From Macrostomum lignano (Eukaryota), in NCBI GenBank assembly GCA_002269645.1, contig NIVC01001054.1:84744-148743 (forward strand): a stretch of DNA of 64,000 nt, in the 5' to 3' direction. The position numbers and the translations under genes were made by a program. Every line of letters starts with the position of its first letter. The stretch's first letter is position 1. The notes below the pieces were generated by a model. That model was given only the letters and a program-made list of their open reading frames with translations, did not search any database and was not told where the DNA came from. Below, piece after piece: positions 60,839-64,000 of the stretch.

Positions 60839-63507
60839 TGTTGTGTATTGCAAAGGCATGCGAGGCGTAGGGGTAGCTCGGGGGCAGCGTTTCTAGAAAC
60901 TTCCACCGCGGACTTGTTTACGCATAGTTCCAGAAGTTTCCTTCCCCGGTCTTTCTAGAACTTTCCTTCCCCGCGTGCATAAATATACGAGCCGCCCTCC
61001 TATTGGCCAAGCCCTTCTTTTGGTGCCACTGAGCGCCCGGATAATTATCTATCTTGTTTCTGCGTTCGTTAATTCCACAACAGAACATTGGCGACGAGGA
61101 TGGCGGCTAGCATCCCTGCACCCACGCCCTTCCTGGCGAACTGCGGATCACCGACAGTACCATGGAGCCGATGGATTGAGGCCTTTGAATTTTATTACGA
61201 GGCGGCCCAATTCAAGGAGCCCGAAGGGAAGGAAGAGGCGAAACCGCTGAAGAGGAGCCTTCTGCTCCATCTGCTTGGATTCGAAGGTCAGCGGGTTGCT
61301 CGAGCACGCCAAGCAATCAAGGAGAACGACACGTTCGCAGCAACTAAGGCGGAGCTCGAGAAGATCTTCGGCGAGAAGCCCAACGTGATGGTAGCCAGAT
61401 ATCGCTTCCGCCAGCGCCAGCAGCTACCCGGCGAGGACGTCAAGACCTTCGTGGCAGCCCTGAGGGAGCTGACGGAGCTGTGCAACTACGGCGCGATACA
61501 GGACGATCTCATCAGAGACCAGCTGGCTGAGAAGACCAGTAACCCCAGAATCCGAGAGAGGCTGCTGACGGAGAAGGTGGAGGACCTCAACCTGGCGAAA
61601 GCGCTCAGCATCGCGGTCTCCATCGAGGAAGCCTCCAAAGAAGCCAAGGCGATGGCGCCATCAACCTCGAGCACGGCAGCCGTCCAATCGATCCGACAGC
61701 CGAGGGGCCAGAAGGTCGCTGCAAAGGGGAGGCACCGCCCAGCACCAGCTGGCAGGACAGCCAAACCCGGCGGCGCCTGCACGCGCTGTGGGCGAGACCA
61801 CGGACCGACGACCCCCTGTCCGGCCAAGGGCAAGACATGCGACGCCTGTGGCAAGAAGAACCACTTCCGGAGTTGCTGTCGCAGCCAGCAGGCTGCTGTC
61901 AATGCCGCGGACGAGGTGATCACAGTCTACGCAGTGCCGGGTGGCGACAGGGAGGTCCGGGCGACGCTGGAACTCGGACCGGACAGGACCGCTGTCAGCC
62001 TGATGGTGGACTGCGGCGCAAGGGTGTCGCTGCTGTCCCGACAGACCGCCGACCGGATCTCAGGTGCAGTCACCTCTCCCACCACGACGAAGCTGCGTGC
62101 CTACGGTGGACTGCCGATCCAGCTAAGTGGTGTCACCGAGCTGGAGGTGCGCTACGGCGACAAGGCGATGCAGCACCGGTTCTTCGTTGCGCCAGGCGGC
62201 GACAACATCGTCGGTAGAGACCTGATGGAGAAGCTGGGCTTCCGAGTCGACCTTAGCGGGCAGCCGCCCGGAATCGCGGAGGTCAGCGACTTGACGGCGG
62301 ACTTGCAGGCGCGGTACCCAACGACCTTCAGCGGTGCGATAGGATGCTGCGCCGGCGCTGTACACCAGCCAAGGTCGACCCAGCAGCGCGACCCGTCCAG
62401 CAGCCACTCCGCCGCCTGCCCCTCACGCGACAGGAGCAGGTCGGTGCCGAACTCGACAAGATGGAGAAGGACGGCATCATCGAGCGAGTTCTCGGACTTC
62501 TTGGCCGAGCAGGGCATCCGGCACGTCAAGACCAGCCTCTACCATCCGCAAACCAACGGCCAGACGGAGCGTCTCAATCGGTCGCTACTCGCCAGCATCA
62601 GAGCGGCCATGGTGGAGAACAGGCCGTTTCAAGACGCCGTGACCAACTTCTTGTCTGCCTACCGGAGCTCCAAGCACAGCCTGACGGGCAAGTCACCGGC
62701 CGAGCTCATGCTGGGTCGGAAGTGGCGCACCGCGATCACCATGCTGTCTCCCGGAGGGGAATGACAACGACCGAGGCGACGCCTCAGGCACTGCGGCAGC
62801 AAATCGAGGCGCGGCAGCAGCGGATCAAGGCCTACACCGATGCCAGACGAAGGGCCCGCCCCGAGACGTTCCACCCCGGCGATTGGGTGAGAATCCGACG
62901 GCCCACCAAGAAGGGCAAGCTGGGTACCCGCCTCTCACGGCCACTACAAGTGCTCCGTCAGGCGGGACACCACGCGGTCGAGCTCAGCGACGGCACCAGA
63001 TGGAACCAGCAGCGGCTGATCCGAACACCGCACCCGGCGCAGCCGAGAGAGCGGTTCGACCCACTGGCGGACTCGGCGCCAACGACCGGAGCCGGCACGG
63101 CGGCACCGGCGGCACCGGCGGCGGAGCCTCCGGCAAGAACAGCAGCGCCCCGCCGATCTGAGCGAGCCAGGCACCCGCCGATACGCTTCATGAACTGCCG
63201 CTGGGACTGATTAAAGTGAAGCTTGGGGACTGTTGGACTCCTTGAAGGAGGGGAAGAATGTTGTGTATTGCAAAGGCATGCGAGGCGTAGGGGTAGCTCG
63301 GGGGCAGCGTTTCTAGAAACTTCCACCGCGGACTTGTTTACGCATAGTTCCAGAAGTTTCCTTCCCCGGTCTTTCTAGAACTTTCCTTCCCCGCGTGCAT
63401 AAATATACGAGCCGCCCTCCTATTGGCCAAGCCCTTCTTTTGGTGCCACTGAGCGCCCGGATAATTATCTATCTTGTTTCTGCGTTCGTTAATTCCACAA
63501 CAGAACA
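60839..63507 (+). mobile_element. Internally deleted Ty3/gypsy (Mag-like) LTR retrotransposon, 2669 bp
   Basis: Identical 249-bp LTRs (60839-61087 and 63259-63507, TG...CA); 5-bp TSD ATAGG; PBS tggcgacgaggatgg (61089); PPT gaaggaggggaagaa; gag with zinc knuckles, protease MVDCGARVSLL, integrase tail YHPQTNGQTER; RT and RNase H absent. Confidence 0.95.
61100..62764 (+). CDS. Gag-protease ORF fused by deletion to the integrase C-terminal core
   Basis: MAASIPAPTPFL..., CTRCGRDH, CDACGKKNHFRSCC, DCGA, then FSDFLAEQGIRHVKTSLYHPQTNGQTERLNRSL. Confidence 0.85.
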   Translation: MAASIPAPTPFLANCGSPTVPWSRWIEAFEFYYEAAQFKEPEGKEEAKPLKRSLLLHLLGFEGQRVARARQAIKENDTFAATKAELEKIFGEKPNVMVARYRFRQRQQLPGEDVKTFVAALRELTELCNYGAIQDDLIRDQLAEKTSNPRIRERLLTEKVEDLNLAKALSIAVSIEEASKEAKAMAPSTSSTAAVQSIRQPRGQKVAAKGRHRPAPAGRTAKPGGACTRCGRDHGPTTPCPAKGKTCDACGKKNHFRSCCRSQQAAVNAADEVITVYAVPGGDREVRATLELGPDRTAVSLMVDCGARVSLLSRQTADRISGAVTSPTTTKLRAYGGLPIQLSGVTELEVRYGDKAMQHRFFVAPGGDNIVGRDLMEKLGFRVDLSGQPPGIAEVSDLTADLQARYPTTFSGAIGCCAGAVHQPRSTQQRDPSSSHSAACPSRDRSRSVPNSTRWRRTASSSEFSDFLAEQGIRHVKTSLYHPQTNGQTERLNRSLLASIRAAMVENRPFQDAVTNFLSAYRSSKHSLTGKSPAELMLGRKWRTAITMLSPGGE

Positions 63508-63793
63508 ATAGGTAGCTAGTAGACATTGCATTTTCGTATGGACATTGCATCTCAGCGACATTGCCTATTGCAGTACGAGCTAGAATAAAGCTGCAGTACA
63601 AAATATTTAATAATTTTATCAGCGTAAAATAAAATTTGCATGTATCTTATTTCTGAGTCTGAGAAGATCATTAGCGAAGTCCCCTTAGCTATGAAAAAAA
63701 TTGTTTCAATACCATGTGGAGTTTCGATAGTAAAATAAGAAAATAAGAAACAGGTCTAACCGGCGTCCACTGCTTTTTTTCATCCGGTGGCTC

Positions 63794-64000
63794 ATGAAAA
63801 TCCATAAATTAAGAGGCTTGTGGTGCCCGTCCAGACTCGAGCGGAATGTACTACAGCTCCTTTTTCTTAAATTCCAAGACCCGAAGCCTTCAAGTTCCAA
63901 GATCTACATCAAGAAGAGTCCGCGGAGTAGTTCACACTATTCACGGGGTTTCTCCTGGGTACAGGACGAACATTCCTGGCAGACGAAGTTACGGTACCCT
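63794..64000 (+). CDS. Possible partial ORF running off the window end
   Basis: ATG at 63794 (MKIHKLRG...) with no stop before 64000; no recognisable motif. Confidence 0.2.
   Translation, partial: MKIHKLRGLWCPSRLERNVLQLLFLKFQDPKPSSSKIYIKKSPRSSSHYSRGFSWVQDEHSWQTKLRYP

Overview
Eukaryotic (metazoan) genomic DNA, not prokaryotic. GT-AG introns, minisatellite-filled introns and (TCTG)n/(TCAG)n tracts resemble the flatworm Macrostomum; that organism call is inference only. Host genes, assembled by hand from splice sites: a C1GALT1-like core-1 galactosyltransferase (+, ~554-6550); two paralogues of a secreted two-vWA-domain protein (+, 8802-14979 and 32822-37691) in a ~7 kb segmental duplication; a 3-exon ~1170 aa ankyrin-repeat + cGAS-like (Mab21/cGLR) nucleotidyltransferase gene (+, 38580-42250) that the ORF track splits into four pieces; two unassigned ORFs; and a disrupted phospholipid scramblase gene (-, 47631-49114). 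The ~16 kb between the vWA paralogues is a transposon nest: a truncated LINE, two DIRS-type elements, two related LTR copies, a TIR element with a nested Tc1/IS630-like element, and a Penelope-like element with a minimal hammerhead ribozyme. The right end holds a ~9.8 kb 23-bp satellite with four copies of a 402-bp cassette, then a young, internally deleted Ty3/gypsy element with identical LTRs. Several genes carry 1-nt indels, often in homopolymers, that may be long-read errors. The top candidate for an undescribed system is the ankyrin-cGLR fusion receptor.
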